The notes beneath the pieces were generated by a model. The model made no database searches. It was not told where the DNA came from and worked only from the letters and a program-made list of their open reading frames with translations. A DNA stretch of 61,951 nt, counting the filler, from Basidiobolus ranarum (taxonomy: Eukaryota): the NCBI GenBank assembly GCA_040143965.1. It is 10 parts of 10 records of this genome, joined end to end, with 100 filler letters (N's around TTAATTAATTAA, not from the genome) between each part and the next. Parts side by side here need not be neighbours in the genome. Positions count along the whole stretch, not along the records: positions 24,868 to 30,976 come from JASJQH010001408.1; positions 31,077 to 37,178 come from JASJQH010001409.1; positions 37,279 to 43,375 come from JASJQH010001410.1; 7 more parts are not named here. The stretch is one strand, 5' to 3'. How positions within the stretch are numbered: position 1 is the stretch's first letter; the number at the start of each line of letters is the position of its first letter. The position numbers and the translations under genes were made by a program. Below are positions 25,740 to 38,351 of this stretch, piece by piece.

Positions 25740-27243
25740 TCACGCTATAGAGTCATCAGTTTCAGAGGTCAGTGTGCTGTAGGCGTACGAGTTCAATGGG
25801 TAGCTTGAACCATCTCCCATACTAGAGTGAATATTATGTTAGCGAGTCAAATTCTCTATTGGTGATCATTGCTTATCTACCTGTTGTATACTGGTATGAA
25901 CCACAGTTGCCATTTCGGTCCTAACACTTGCATGAAATTACGTCTAGGAAACAGCAAAGTTATTATCTGTTGGGGATTCAAAGAATTGAGAGAGACTTAC
26001 CTCTTTCCTAGATCGAATAGGTTCACATATTTATGAGAGGAGGGTTCTCCGTCAATCTTGTAATTGTGCTTCTGGTAGGTTTCAATAGTGGTCAGATTGT
26101 TTAGTATCATTGAGGTATGAAAGCCAGTAAATCCAATCAAACAAATAGAGAATAAGCCACCCGCCAGAACCAGAAACACCCAGTGAACGTCTAATAACAT
26201 GAATCCCTAAACACGACGGTTAATGACTGAATTTGGATGCACTTGAATTATAGTGGATTTTACGTTTTCTAAGTAAAGCAAATGAATCAACGGCGGGAGT
26301 GTAGTCAAGCAAATGAAGGTACAGTAGAGAGACCCGTAGAAAATAAATAGATAGAAGAACTTTTGATTTCCAAACCCTACACAGTTGTTCACCCTAAAGT
26401 GAAGAGTTACTTTTGTCATTTAAAGGAATTATGCATCGTTTGCTAACTTACCATGGGCAATGACTATTATGAGAGGTCATATAAGTGTAATAATTCAGTG
26501 TGTTGAATTTCGATTAGTTATTAAATAATAATTGAAGTTCTTACTGGTCCATCTTTAAAACGCATCTATACGTTATAACAATCAGTTAATTCTAACTTGT
26601 GAGTATTGCTTTAGTGTGCAGTTGATTTTAACTTACTCTTGACATACGCTGCAATGATGTGCACGATCAGGCTTTTCGACTCTGCACTTACGACAAAATC
26701 TCTTTGTACCATCGTTCTTGACTGTGATAGTGCCGTTTTCCTTCGTACGCGGCAAAAGTTCAGTCAAGTTTGAATCGTTCAAATTTAAACTTTCACTAGT
26801 TTCTACTTGAAAGCTACTTCCTTCACCAGTTTCGGTTGGCAAAGGTGCTAAATCTGGTGGACTCTAGAAGATTATGTTGTCATCAATCTTGTTTGAGAAA
26901 ATTTGAACTTTCTTCAAAAGATAAGCTTACCTGGGTCGGATACCCGGGCTTGGTAAACACGCACTTGAGATAGCTCCAGACGAAGAGTACAAGTAATATG
27001 TGATAAATGAACAAATAAAATACACCTTAATTTCACAAAATAGTTAATGTACATGAAGTAATGATTTTGGAAAGGTTAAAGTATACCTAAGGGGGTATTT
27101 TGATCAATAATGTAGCTGCAAACGCTAAATACATATCCGTAATATGACCATGAAATGATACATAAACACAAAATTACTAGGAAATATCCTGTTGTTTTCC
27201 AAACTTTCTTACGACTACAGCGTATAGTGAGTAACGGATTCAT
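25740..27243 (-). CDS. DHHC palmitoyltransferase (Pfa3/ZDHHC2-like), multi-exon
   Basis: [72 protein letters not shown]. Confidence 0.94.
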
Positions 27244-27857
27244 TATCTCGAAGTCACCTAATTTTCAACAGTAACGATGATAATCAAGTTATTCTAGTAG
27301 TATGTCAAGTAATAAAGCTCAGAACTCGTGGATAAATATAATGAAAAGTCTAAGGTAGTAGCTAACGGAAATCGCTACTTTAACTATGTGGGGTAAAAAA
27401 AGGAAGGGTGGATAAAACGATGGAATTCCTAGGATGATATTAATTTACTTTCATCCACTTATCTACTCGTTGATCACATTCTGTTGAAAGGCTTTAGAAT
27501 TCTCATTTTGGAATGTATACAATTTGTGCGGTTGGGATAACATTATGTGGAGACTTGTTGAAATAAACAAATTTATTATATATACTGACTTATAGATTAT
27601 TAGACAATCGCCGTGCTGCCGGTCCTGGTCCCTAATGATTCATTTCATGCAATTCGATTTCAATTTGAATTTCATTTTGATTTCAAGAATCAAGTGTAAT
27701 TTATTATCAAATGCCCATTGATCTGTAACTACGTAGCTAACTGTTTTTGAAGTTTCGTTAAACACACCTGTTGAAGGTATTTGGCTAAACTTAAGTGTTC
27801 TATTTAAACAGTATTATTGCATTTCATTATTCATACCCTATATTTAGGAATCAGCTA

Positions 27858-30113
27858 ATGCCACCCAACACCACTTCTACGTTTGTCTTAATTTACGACT
27901 GGCTGATACTCTTAGGTTCACAATTACTATTTTTTGCGTTCGGCTGGGTGTTTTTAGTGAAAAAACTTTTCAAAGATTATGAACTCAACACTGAACGTCA
28001 TGGTTTACTTCAAATCGTATTCGCTTCAACCTTTGCTATGAGTTGCACGTTATTTGAATTGATTATCTTCGAAATAGCCGGAGTTATGGAAAATAGGTAA
28101 TGGAACTTTAACAAGCATTCAATTGGACTCCAGTTACGATTATGAGGATGGTGGTGTTTTTTTCGGAATTAAGTGTATTTAACCTTATTTTCTACGTAGC
28201 TCTCGCTGGTTACACTGGAAACTAAACATCTATGGACTCCTATTGAATGTTATCGTATTGATCCCATTCTTTCAATTCTTCTTACTTCTCAGTAACCGAC
28301 GTGAAGGTAACCTTTATAACGTAAACTGGGAGATAGTTGTCTCAGAGAATTAATCATGTTTTCCCTTGACATCGATTTTTAAGGATTCACAAGACGTAAT
28401 TGTTTAGCTTTAGCAGCTGGTTGTTGGCTAGTATACTTTTACTTTTTCTGGAAAGTTGGTCACAAATTCCCTATTCAAAACGAGGATAAAGGTATTCAGA
28501 CACTAATAGTAAACATCTGAGAATCAGTGTACTTATGATATGAATGTATATTAAGGATTCTTGGCTATCGAGCCTGGACTTAGTCGGGTGGGTGTCATTG
28601 GAGTTACCATGATGGCTATTCTCTCAGGATTTGGTGCGGTGAACAGTCCTTATACCACGCTGTTTGTGTTTATGAGGTGAGTTGTATTTTCGATGGGATA
28701 AATCTTATCAATTGCTAATTTACGTTTCCATTCGGACCAATAGACAGGTTCAAGATACTGATATTTTAGCGGCAGAGCGTAAACTCGCTCAGACAATTGA
28801 CATGATCATGACCAAGAAGAAGCGAATCGTATCTGCGCAAATGAAAGTCAAGGGAACACAAGAGGTAGATAGTTTCAACTGTTTCCTTTGATGAGATATT
28901 TGTCATTAAATATGTATTATTGAACAATAGAAGAATGATAGCGCAAGTGGATTTATGCGTCGTATGTTCAACACTGTAGCGACCAACATTGGCTTTTCTG
29001 GCGAAAGTATCCTTTTATTCATTTCTGACGGCTTTCAGTTACCATGCCTTCATTTGCATTCTTAATCCTCGATATTGTTAGATGTGAATATGCTGAGGCA
29101 GGAAATTGATGCATTGGAGACCTTCAGCAGGCAACTCTTCTTGGACATTGACGATTTGTATCAAGAGAAGGTATTTGGTTTCCCTTGGGATCGCATAAAT
29201 TTATTCGTGATCCTCTAACGCTATCTTCAGGATCGACTAAAGTACGCAGAGACTTGGCAAGGAAAATATTTCAACCTTATGGGCTACTTCTTTAGTGGAT
29301 ACTGTGTGTACAAAGTGTTCATGGTTTGTTACTTTCTTTTTCAGTTCTAGCCATCATGAGGATTAATCCAACTAACCTACAACCAGGCAATTATCAACAT
29401 CGTTTTCAATCGAATTGGTAAGACTGATCCTATCACATATGCATTAGCATTAATGGGAAATTACGTGAATATGGAAGTGGATGTTCAATTCTGGTCACAA
29501 CAACTCAGTTTCCTTTTTGTTGGGATCATGATCATGTGCTCTATCCGTGGGATGCTTATTCAATTGATGAAGGTATGTGATCTTGATTGCGCTTTCATTG
29601 TTCTTCAGCAAAACTGTCCCGTTTTTAACCGTTTACCCAGTTCTTTAAAGCTTTTTCCACCAGTGTTTCACCAGGCAACATTGTGCTTTTCTTGGCATAT
29701 ATTATGGGAATGTACTGCTTAAGCACTGTGTTAATGCTCAGGATGAGTTTGCCTTTAGAATACAGGTTAGTATACTCGTAATCCTCTTTGTTAATCTTCA
29801 ACTGATTGGATTCATATCTTGTAGAACCATCATATCGGAAGTATTAAGTGCCATAGAATTCAATTTCTATCAACGCTGGTTCGATGTTATCTTCTTGGTC
29901 AGTGCTATCGCCAGTATGGTATTTATCTATTTCGTCCATCAACAAGCCACAAACCCCGCTACGTCAGGATCTGTGGATGCCTTCGAGCTTCCAGGGATTG
30001 GATCAACCGGTAGAAGTACAGGCTCCTTCGACTTTGATCGCTCTTCACCTTCACCTACCTGGGGGAAAGGTTCAAGAAGCTTTGATGCCTATCCACATAG
30101 CCCTTTTACCTAG
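27858..30113 (+). CDS. Golgi pH regulator / GPR89 (GTG-like) membrane protein, multi-exon
   Basis: FFAFGW.F...[85 protein letters not shown]. Confidence 0.94.
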
Positions 30114-31519
30114 ATCATCCATACAATACACCTGTATATGCGCATGTACCCACACACGTAGTAAATGTTTTATTCTTGCCCTTTTTGGATGTACACTAGA
30201 GAACCATATTCTTCACTCTCTTTATAAATTGTTGGCTCTTAGTAAAGAATCAAAAATCAGTATCTCTTTCTGATACGTCGTTTCTAACTGGTATCAGTGA
30301 TTCACCGAAAGTTGATAAATCCAAATATAATACTGGCTTAGCTTGAATTGGAGATATGCTATCTTTTTGTATGACCCTATTCTCGAAAATGTAACATCAA
30401 CTAGTCGAGCCTGGATCAAGGGGTAGCTTGGACGAGTGGGCTTGAAGATGCGTAGTGTATACAAATCATGTGAATCCATCTTGGGTTGACCACCTTGGTG
30501 CTAGTGTAATGATACAATGGATGACGAAGACAACACGTACCCCTTTTGTTCAACCCCATGCCAAACATTCAATTAATCTTATGTGTGTGAAACAGATCTT
30601 GCTTGCCACCTCCACCTTCTAACAATAAGATACTGATATTATTTATTATAGAGTGAGCTAGAAAATCCCATATACCCACCCTAATTTGTGTTAGCCCCGT
30701 TTTAGATAGGATTACAACAAAACATGCCAAATGAAACAAATATCCGATAATTATTGACACCGAGATGTGACGTGGGAGGTGACTGCTTCAAATCATATGC
30801 CTCTAAAATAACCGGTGATAGGATGATTGGATAATTTCAAATAGATGTTGGACAACAAAAGCCTATAATATTGGCCAATTGTATATCCACGAATTAACGC
30901 ACTGCTTAGGTACCAGCAGGTGAGTTTGTTGCGTGGTATTGGAGTAGTAAGGAAAGCGTCAGTAAGAACGTTATATNNNNNNNNNNNNNNNNNNNNNNNN
31001 NNNNNNNNNNNNNNNNNNNNTTAATTAATTAANNNNNNNNNNNNNNNNNNNNNNNNNNNNNNNNNNNNNNNNNNNNTGATATTTCGATTTAACCATCTTT
31101 GAAGTCTTACAACTGAAAATCATCAGGTTTGCACGTTATGTTGACTTGTTTATTTCATAGAAATTTTCCCATTCTTTTCGAACTCTAATTTCAATGATAC
31201 CTATTTATTACTTTGGCATAGATTCTGGTTATATTCTCCAAGTCCAATTCAAGTAGATGTCTTAACGAATGTTGCGTTTTATATGTACATAAATGTCTTG
31301 AAGTACTTCTCTTCGTTCTTTAAATTACATTACATTACATTGCATTAATACTTGTGCATACACAGAAGTCTCGTGAGGTCGATAATCGAGTACTCCTTGA
31401 AATATATCACATCATTATTCCAGCTTTTTCTTTATCCCCCCCAAAAAAAAATAACAAACCCATCTAGCATTAGAGTATTTTATCAATAACGAATGAATCA
31501 AAATAGAATGAATGAGTAT

Positions 31520-32319
31520 TCATGAGGTAGGAGGAACGATACCAGAGTGAACTGTGTAATAAACCACGGTAGAATCTGTCGAAGTGATGGCTAACATAAC
31601 ACTACTGAAAAGAGAAATATGCCATTTGAGTAATTCCTATTTGTATATATATACGGAAGTTTACCCCTTACCTCGGCTTATTATCCAGTATCTTCTCAAG
31701 TTCAATAAATAACTTCTCTATTCTGAAGCATATTCCTTTAGTTAATAATAAACTCTCTTCTAAAGAGAAATGAACAACTAAAAACCTTTCTAGTGACCAC
31801 CGTTCAGAAGCCAAGGTAGGAACGATGTAACGTATTTCTTCCTAGATGAATAGGAATGTCCGGTTAAATTCAAACAACTATTTTATGAAATCACTATAAA
31901 CCAATAACTACACATACTTTCAACTCTTTCTTTCCCTCCAACACGAATCTGGAAATAGCTTTCACATGTTTGGTTTCTACCAAAGACCATTCCTTTTCTA
32001 AAAAGTAAAAAGAAAGAATGAGGTTGATTTAATAAAACATTGATGAGATATTCACTATCAAGTTTAACGTAGGATATAAACTCCTCTTAAAATACAAAAA
32101 CTATAGGAAAGTCTTCACTAAGTGATCAACGTAGCTATGTATATGTACCTAAAGTTAGGTCCAAATAAACTTGAAACAAAACCTCCGCTTCTTCAGGGTA
32201 TGTTTCGCATGCTTCAGCTATTTCTTTATACTTCGAAGTAAAATAAAACCCCTTCAGTAACCGTTTATGTGCTGTAAGGGGCAGAATCTGCACTTTACCT
32301 TTGGATGAAGGTGTAACAT
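31520..32319 (-). CDS. SEN15: tRNA-splicing endonuclease subunit Sen15, multi-exon
   Basis: Spliced MLHLHPK|YKEI...FQVYLDL...KEWSLV...IVPT...MLAITSTDSTVVYY.VH.G..PP* follows the TSEN15 pattern. Confidence 0.85.
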
Positions 32320-32611
32320 TAACCAAGATGCGTAGTAAACGTTCTTGTCATGGGATGGTATGGAGATCAATAATAAATCGACCAGTCTTCATCCAATCAT
32401 CAGAGTGGATTAGTGAGTGGATGATCAAAAGAAAAAGAAAAATCCCCATGGATGAATTTGTAAAATGGATTTATTTATAGATATTCATTTAAACCGGTTC
32501 AATTTCACAGTCGACATACGATGAATTATAGCGATGGAGGAGTTTGAAAGACTAGGAAGATTTCACCGAAAAGGAATCCCTATGCTATGCTATGCCATGC
32601 TATCTTGATCT

Positions 32612-34035
32612 TCATTTAACCGTCCACCACCCAATTCCATCAACTCCCCATTCATACTCTTTAATCATGTTGATGGTCATTTCGGCGGTTTGTCGATAGA
32701 GTCCGTCGTCAAATCCGTTCTCTTGTTCGGCCCACATTAAAGTCCGGACTATGTTGGGAACTTTTTCATCTTGGCTTAAAAGCACTTCGCTGATAATAAC
32801 GGGCCAAGATTTGGGTTGAGTAGTGGTAGTGCTGTTTACGTGATTCAGGATCTGAGGCCTTCCTTGAATGATAAAGTGTGAAATGACGGCAAGCCAGTAA
32901 ACACGGAATAACCGTGTACGGTCGATTGGTGAAAGATGGGGAATCAGAGAGTTGACAGAATAAGCGGATGTCAGGATATGACCAAGGAATATATTCGGTC
33001 GACCTTTTTGGCACTCAGATGCGTATATCTGACTGACGGCTCGGGTTAACTCTCGAAGTTTTTGCTCAGCGTTAATAGCTTCGCCTAAAAATGAATGATG
33101 TCGGTTAGCCTAAAGAGCGTCTATAAATGTATATTTCTGTATGTAGTATTAGTTACCATAAGCTACCCAAGCATCCACATAACTCTTCAATAGATCTCCT
33201 CTTGACTTGACCAGGATCTTGACTTTGGTCTGGAATTGCCCTTCAAAAGGCCCATCAAATCGTTTGTCAGTTCGGATCATCTCTAGTATCTGCCTGCACT
33301 CAAGACTACGAATGGACTGAGCTGAAGAATCATCGACTAGCTCTCCGTACGATAAGTACGACATAGCAGCATACGCTAACCCTTCCGAAGTAACAGAGGG
33401 GTGTTCAAATTCGATGCCAAAACCCAAATGTACCAAAGGATGCAAAGAGTTTCCGAGTAGTCCTGGTATCAGGATTGAACCGTACTTTTGGAACGTTTCC
33501 AGTAATCCAGACGTACGAATACGCTCATCAAAGAATTTCACATAATCGGTATAGTATCTGAAGATAAGGAGAAGTAAAGAAGAAGCAGGTGAATACTACT
33601 TTCAAGAAATCTTTGTCTATCTAAAAAAAGATGCTTACTTTTTCTGTCCTAGAAAGAATCTCCAGTTTGCTTCGGATATATTGGTCTTGGAAGGGGGGAA
33701 ACGCTCCAGATTTTGAGCAGATTGGTTAAAGTGGCTGGTTAAGCACTCGGAAGTAGCTATACATGGTGCAAATTAGATGTGAGATAGTATAGGGTTAAAT
33801 ATATACAGACAACCCACTTACCACCAAGTGAATAGAGGGAAAAGAGATTGTGGGCTATATGATTCGCCAGGTAACCTCATTCTATATGGAAGCGACGGTG
33901 ATGTTCGTCTAACAAGTTAAACAGTGTATCTTTGTCACAGACTTCCCTCGCAGTGATATTTACATGATATGTGGTGGAGTCATTATGAGAATCTTGCTGA
34001 AGAGTAGGTGTGTGGAAAACTTGGCATGTAATCAT
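32612..34035 (-). pseudogene. HypA/AflY (questin-oxidase-like) oxidoreductase family gene with one in-frame TGA at codon 53
   Basis: FHIE*GYLANHIAHNLFSLYSLG, NW..FLG, Y.DY..FF, LHPLVHLGFGIEF, EGLAYAA, QGRP, W...GIGW. All three introns and the rest of the frame are intact. Confidence 0.75.
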
Positions 34036-36159
34036 TGTAAAGAAACAAAAATTAGCGGAACGAAGGTGGAAGGATTTTAAGAAATATTACAAACGAAAAG
34101 TAGTGTTGATGAGCTGTGATGAGTGACTATTTATATATTAGAGTCCATATTGTTTGTTGGCTATAAGAAGTAAGTAATTTGGCGGGACCATTTATCTTCA
34201 CATTTGGCCACAATACCAATTAACATGAAATTGCATCAGGTGTTGGATGATAAGACTGCTCGCGATTCTGTCATGCTCTCCGTAGATGGATCATGATGTT
34301 GCTCCCTCCCAATCTTAATTTATGTTTCTCTTGATGAGTCGCTGATTGGATACTGCCCGAGCTGTGAGAAACATTGTTGTCGTCGTCTGGATGGCCAGAA
34401 GAGCAACATATGCAGCTCGCGATTCACGGAAGGGGACTCGGAATTGATCCGCCGGACCTTGATCCACCAGATAGCATATTGCATCGGATTAAACAGTGCT
34501 ACATATACGATATAAATAGATTCCAGGAATTGACTCAACTTGTAATATAAGGTATCCAATTATTGTCAGCAAACCGTAAGCTGCAAATCACAAATTAGAG
34601 ACTTGGCCTTCCTTCAACCACTGCATTTGTTCCTAGAGTAGGGAGGGCTCACCCAATGAAGCTTCTATATATCTTTGTAGAGAATTGCTAACCAAATATA
34701 GATGTATCATTAAATACGTTGACTTAGGCCTACCGCAAGTACGATCGAAGCTCTAGGTGTGTAAATGAAATCTGATGCTGTTCATCATGATCCCGATTAT
34801 GTAACTATTAGATGCTTAAATCCTTCTTCTTCTTAGCCTCATTCATCACCCCAATGGTTCCTGCCATATATATCGGCAATCTACCAAGCAGTCGACTGGC
34901 GAAGTGTGCCTCAGCTACTTTGGGATGTGCCCAGGAGCATTTAGCCACCTGGGTATAATTAACTATATACATTGATTTTAATATAGCTCGTTAAGGATCC
35001 ACGGACATGCCAAATCACTGGATAAATGAGGTGATGGTCAAATTAAAAAAGCCAGTGTTTCTGGATCCAAGAATCATCGTTAATGGATTTTATATTACCG
35101 GATCTCCCATCCAATTGATTTGGGATATTTTACACAGGCTGGATCTCTTCGGCGTTTCAATATCCGATCGGTTTATACTGCCACTGCTGTAATTAATAAC
35201 AAATTCCCCACAATTATCAAACAATGATCGAATTGTGGTCTTTTTCTCGCAAGGCTCGAATACAGATACGTAGTTCTTGGCATTTCTTTCATGGTTGTGC
35301 TAGAATGATCTTCCGAAGGTATTAGATTGGTGTCATGTTGAGTAAAAATAGCCCATTACTTGTCTGCCCTAATTTATCCGTGCAATGCTTATTTGTGATA
35401 TAGCGCATCGCCAATCTTCACCCTGTCCATGTTCAATACTCCCAAATTCGAGCTCAGCTTTTAGCCCACTGGAGAAGTGTATGTTCTTTGAGCCTCCTAT
35501 TCTTCTCCTTGGCTATCCGTCTAGAGGAGGTGCCAGTAAACATAGAGACTAACCCTGGCTAAAAAAGTTGATGCCGTCGTTTGCTTGTATCTCACTTGTC
35601 TTAGGCTTGCTACCAACTCTGCTAGTTGTTTAATCTTGCTTACGTGGTAAATCAATTTTCATTAAGGCTCGATATTGATTGTGATGCCGGCACTGTGATT
35701 GGATGGTTTGTTTAATAGGAGAAGTCTCAACAGCTCCGTAGAACACAGAGATATGGCATAATAAGCACCTATGATATCCTACCAACTTGTAGTTAGTCAA
35801 TGGCAACCTGTTCTTCCAGACTACTCGACTAAGATTTTGATCCACAAATCCTTAGCCTGTTGCTGTAGACCAGGAAAGTTTTCTTATCTCAATATTAGTT
35901 TCCAATTTGCATTGACATCACAGTTTGTGTACTATTTTTACGTCTCTTATCGGCAGTGGCAATAATGAAAACAATCTCATTCGAATTAATTCTAATGATA
36001 TCTGTGAATGGTGTTGTATTCTTGGCTGTTAGTGTGGCTACTCATTCGATGCAGCTATTCAAGTGGCACAGCTAGTGACTTGATAAAGCTCTACATCGCT
36101 AATTCTATTATTGTAGTTCATCAGTCCTGATGTGCTTGAAAATCGAAACAAAGTTAGAA

Positions 36160-36830
36160 TGTTATCTCAATAGCAAAGAAACATAAACGCTTAGGGATTG
36201 TGGGAATATATATATCAGGTTCAGAAATACTGAGAATATAGTATATTTTTATTCAGATAAGCAGTTACTCTAGATTTGTACTACACCTCACAAGATTAAT
36301 TATACATGGATATAAAGTTTCTGGCTTCATTCCATTTTCCTCTCTATCTGAAGCCATACCATTGCTGTTTGCATATTTGAGGTCAAGTATTTTCAATGAT
36401 TACTTGGAACATAGCTGCTTCACTATAGAGAAAGGTATATCCAGTGATAGATCTATTGGGAAAATATGGGCTGTTTGGAGGAACTTTAGAAAAGTGGAGC
36501 TGTGAATAGCTTTGTGAGATAATTATTTATTGTCCAGAAATAAAGCATTTATACATTTTGGTGGAAATACAGAAAACTAACACTGTGGTTGTGTTCAGAA
36601 CATCTGTGGGAGTAAAATGAGCTTTTTTGGGGCAATCTGGACAAGTTTGAAACTTCCAATATATGAATTGCTATTTGGCACACTATTCACATATGTATAT
36701 AATGTATGTTCTGATTTTCAGTTAAGTGATATTGGACTAAGCAATGTTTACTAACTATATATGCTATATGATATAGTTAGGTGTATAAAAATAGAGATAA
36801 CAAACATGATTAAGACAATAAACCCCAACA
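36160..36830 (-). mobile_element. Copia-family LTR in reverse orientation (left boundary approximate)
   Basis: Starts TGTTGGGG on the minus strand at 36830. Positions 36551-36830 are a diverged reverse complement of 36899-37178. Putative TAACA end preceded by AATAAA. Confidence 0.6.
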
Positions 36831-37178
36831 AAGCCAAAATTTGAAGAATCAAGATTTAAGTTAGGATTAAGATATATGAATATTTAGTTGAGTGGGAGTG
36901 TTGAAGTATATTGTCCTCATCATATTTGTTATCTCTATCTTTATACACCTAACTATATCATATATCACATATACATTAGTTAATATTACTTAGTCAAATA
37001 TCATTTAACTGCAAATCAGAACATATATCATATATATATGTGAATAATGTGAGAATTAGCAATTCCATATGGAAATTTCAAACTTGTCCAAATTGCCACA
37101 AAGATAGCTCATCTTACTCCCACAGAAGTTCTGAACACAACCCCAGTGTTAGTTTCTGGTATTTCCACCAAAATGTAT
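36831..37178 (+). mobile_element. Copia 3' end: RNase H tail, PPT and start of 3' LTR
   Basis: KPKFEESRFKLGL, then TTGAGTGGGAG|TGTTGAAG with the LTR starting at 36899. Confidence 0.75.
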
Positions 37179-37415
37179 NNNNNNNNNNNNNNNNNNNNNN
37201 NNNNNNNNNNNNNNNNNNNNNNTTAATTAATTAANNNNNNNNNNNNNNNNNNNNNNNNNNNNNNNNNNNNNNNNNNNNTACGACAAATGCTAATTAAAAT
37301 GGGGAAAATATTCATGTACATATAGATTTATTATAGCTTATGACTGAAATACGGTGAATAAGCATACAAATTCGATTATTTTTCCTACCTGGTGAACAGA
37401 TATCAGTGAGCATGT

Positions 37416-38351
37416 TCAAATCCAACTAATAATTTGAGAGTTAAGTGTTGTATTTGGATAGTGGTATTGTGTGTGCCTAGTGGAGTAAACTTCATTGATT
37501 TGACAAGATCTACAGCAAGAAACTGCAATGTGCCTACAAAAAACTCCAAGCTTACTAAAGGCAGGAGTCTCAACCATGCATACAATGATATTAGCTTTAA
37601 AAATATAGTTACTCATGTGAATGCTGTTAGATAACCATTCAAATTCCCCAATTAGAGGCTACAAGCAGCTATTTGCAAGAAGTAATGACTTAAGTCCAGA
37701 TAGAATGGATAATATTGAAATATCATAACTCTTATGTTGCCCAGAAAGAGGAAGAATTAAGTTGATTAAAATTATTAGCCCACCAGACTTTCCAACAGTA
37801 TTCATGTCTAGTGAGAAACAATCCAGAGCCAATGCAAATACTTGATCATATGTGTTCTCATAGAAAACTTGACTTTTCAGATTTTTGTAGTGATATCCAT
37901 CAAGCATATTGGCAATACCATCAGCTTTATGGTGAGTACCTGGGTACTGGATCTGGGATTTATATTTGGGTGCTTTCATCAAAACTTAAGGACAGGGAAT
38001 CATTGGTAAGTAAGCTGAACATGAACAATATTTATATGAATCTGTGATTGCCAATTAAGTGCAAACAGTACATGACTGCATATCTTTGTGACCACCAGTG
38101 AAAGTCAAGCAACCATTTGCACATGAAGGTAGTTTAATTACTGAAGGATTATAAGTTATACAGTTGACAAGTGTTTTCCACTTGTACCAGGTCAGTGGCA
38201 AGCAACAGTTGCCAATCAACAGTGAAAAAAGTGCAAGAAAGCCAATAAACACTTTGTTGCTAAGATTGGATTGAACCCTCCACTCCTCAATAATCAGAGC
38301 TGCTTCTTTTACTGTAAGTGCTATGAATGGACTAATGCCTGCCAATAACAA
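37416..38351 (-). mobile_element. Degenerate CACTA/EnSpm-type (Transposase_21-like) DNA transposase
   Basis: CANGCLTFTG...SCTVC, NMLDGYHY, FALALDCF (LDGF), IILINLILP, NSCL*PLIGEF, ETPAFSKL...HIAVSCCRSCQI occur in the expected order. Confidence 0.75.

Noticed and set aside
23471-32319. tRNA gene near SEN15 as a functional cluster
   Set aside because: They lie on different contigs, and the tRNA has no intron.
34300-36100. Short ORFs in the middle of contig 6
   Set aside because: No motif or consistent frame; unidentified.
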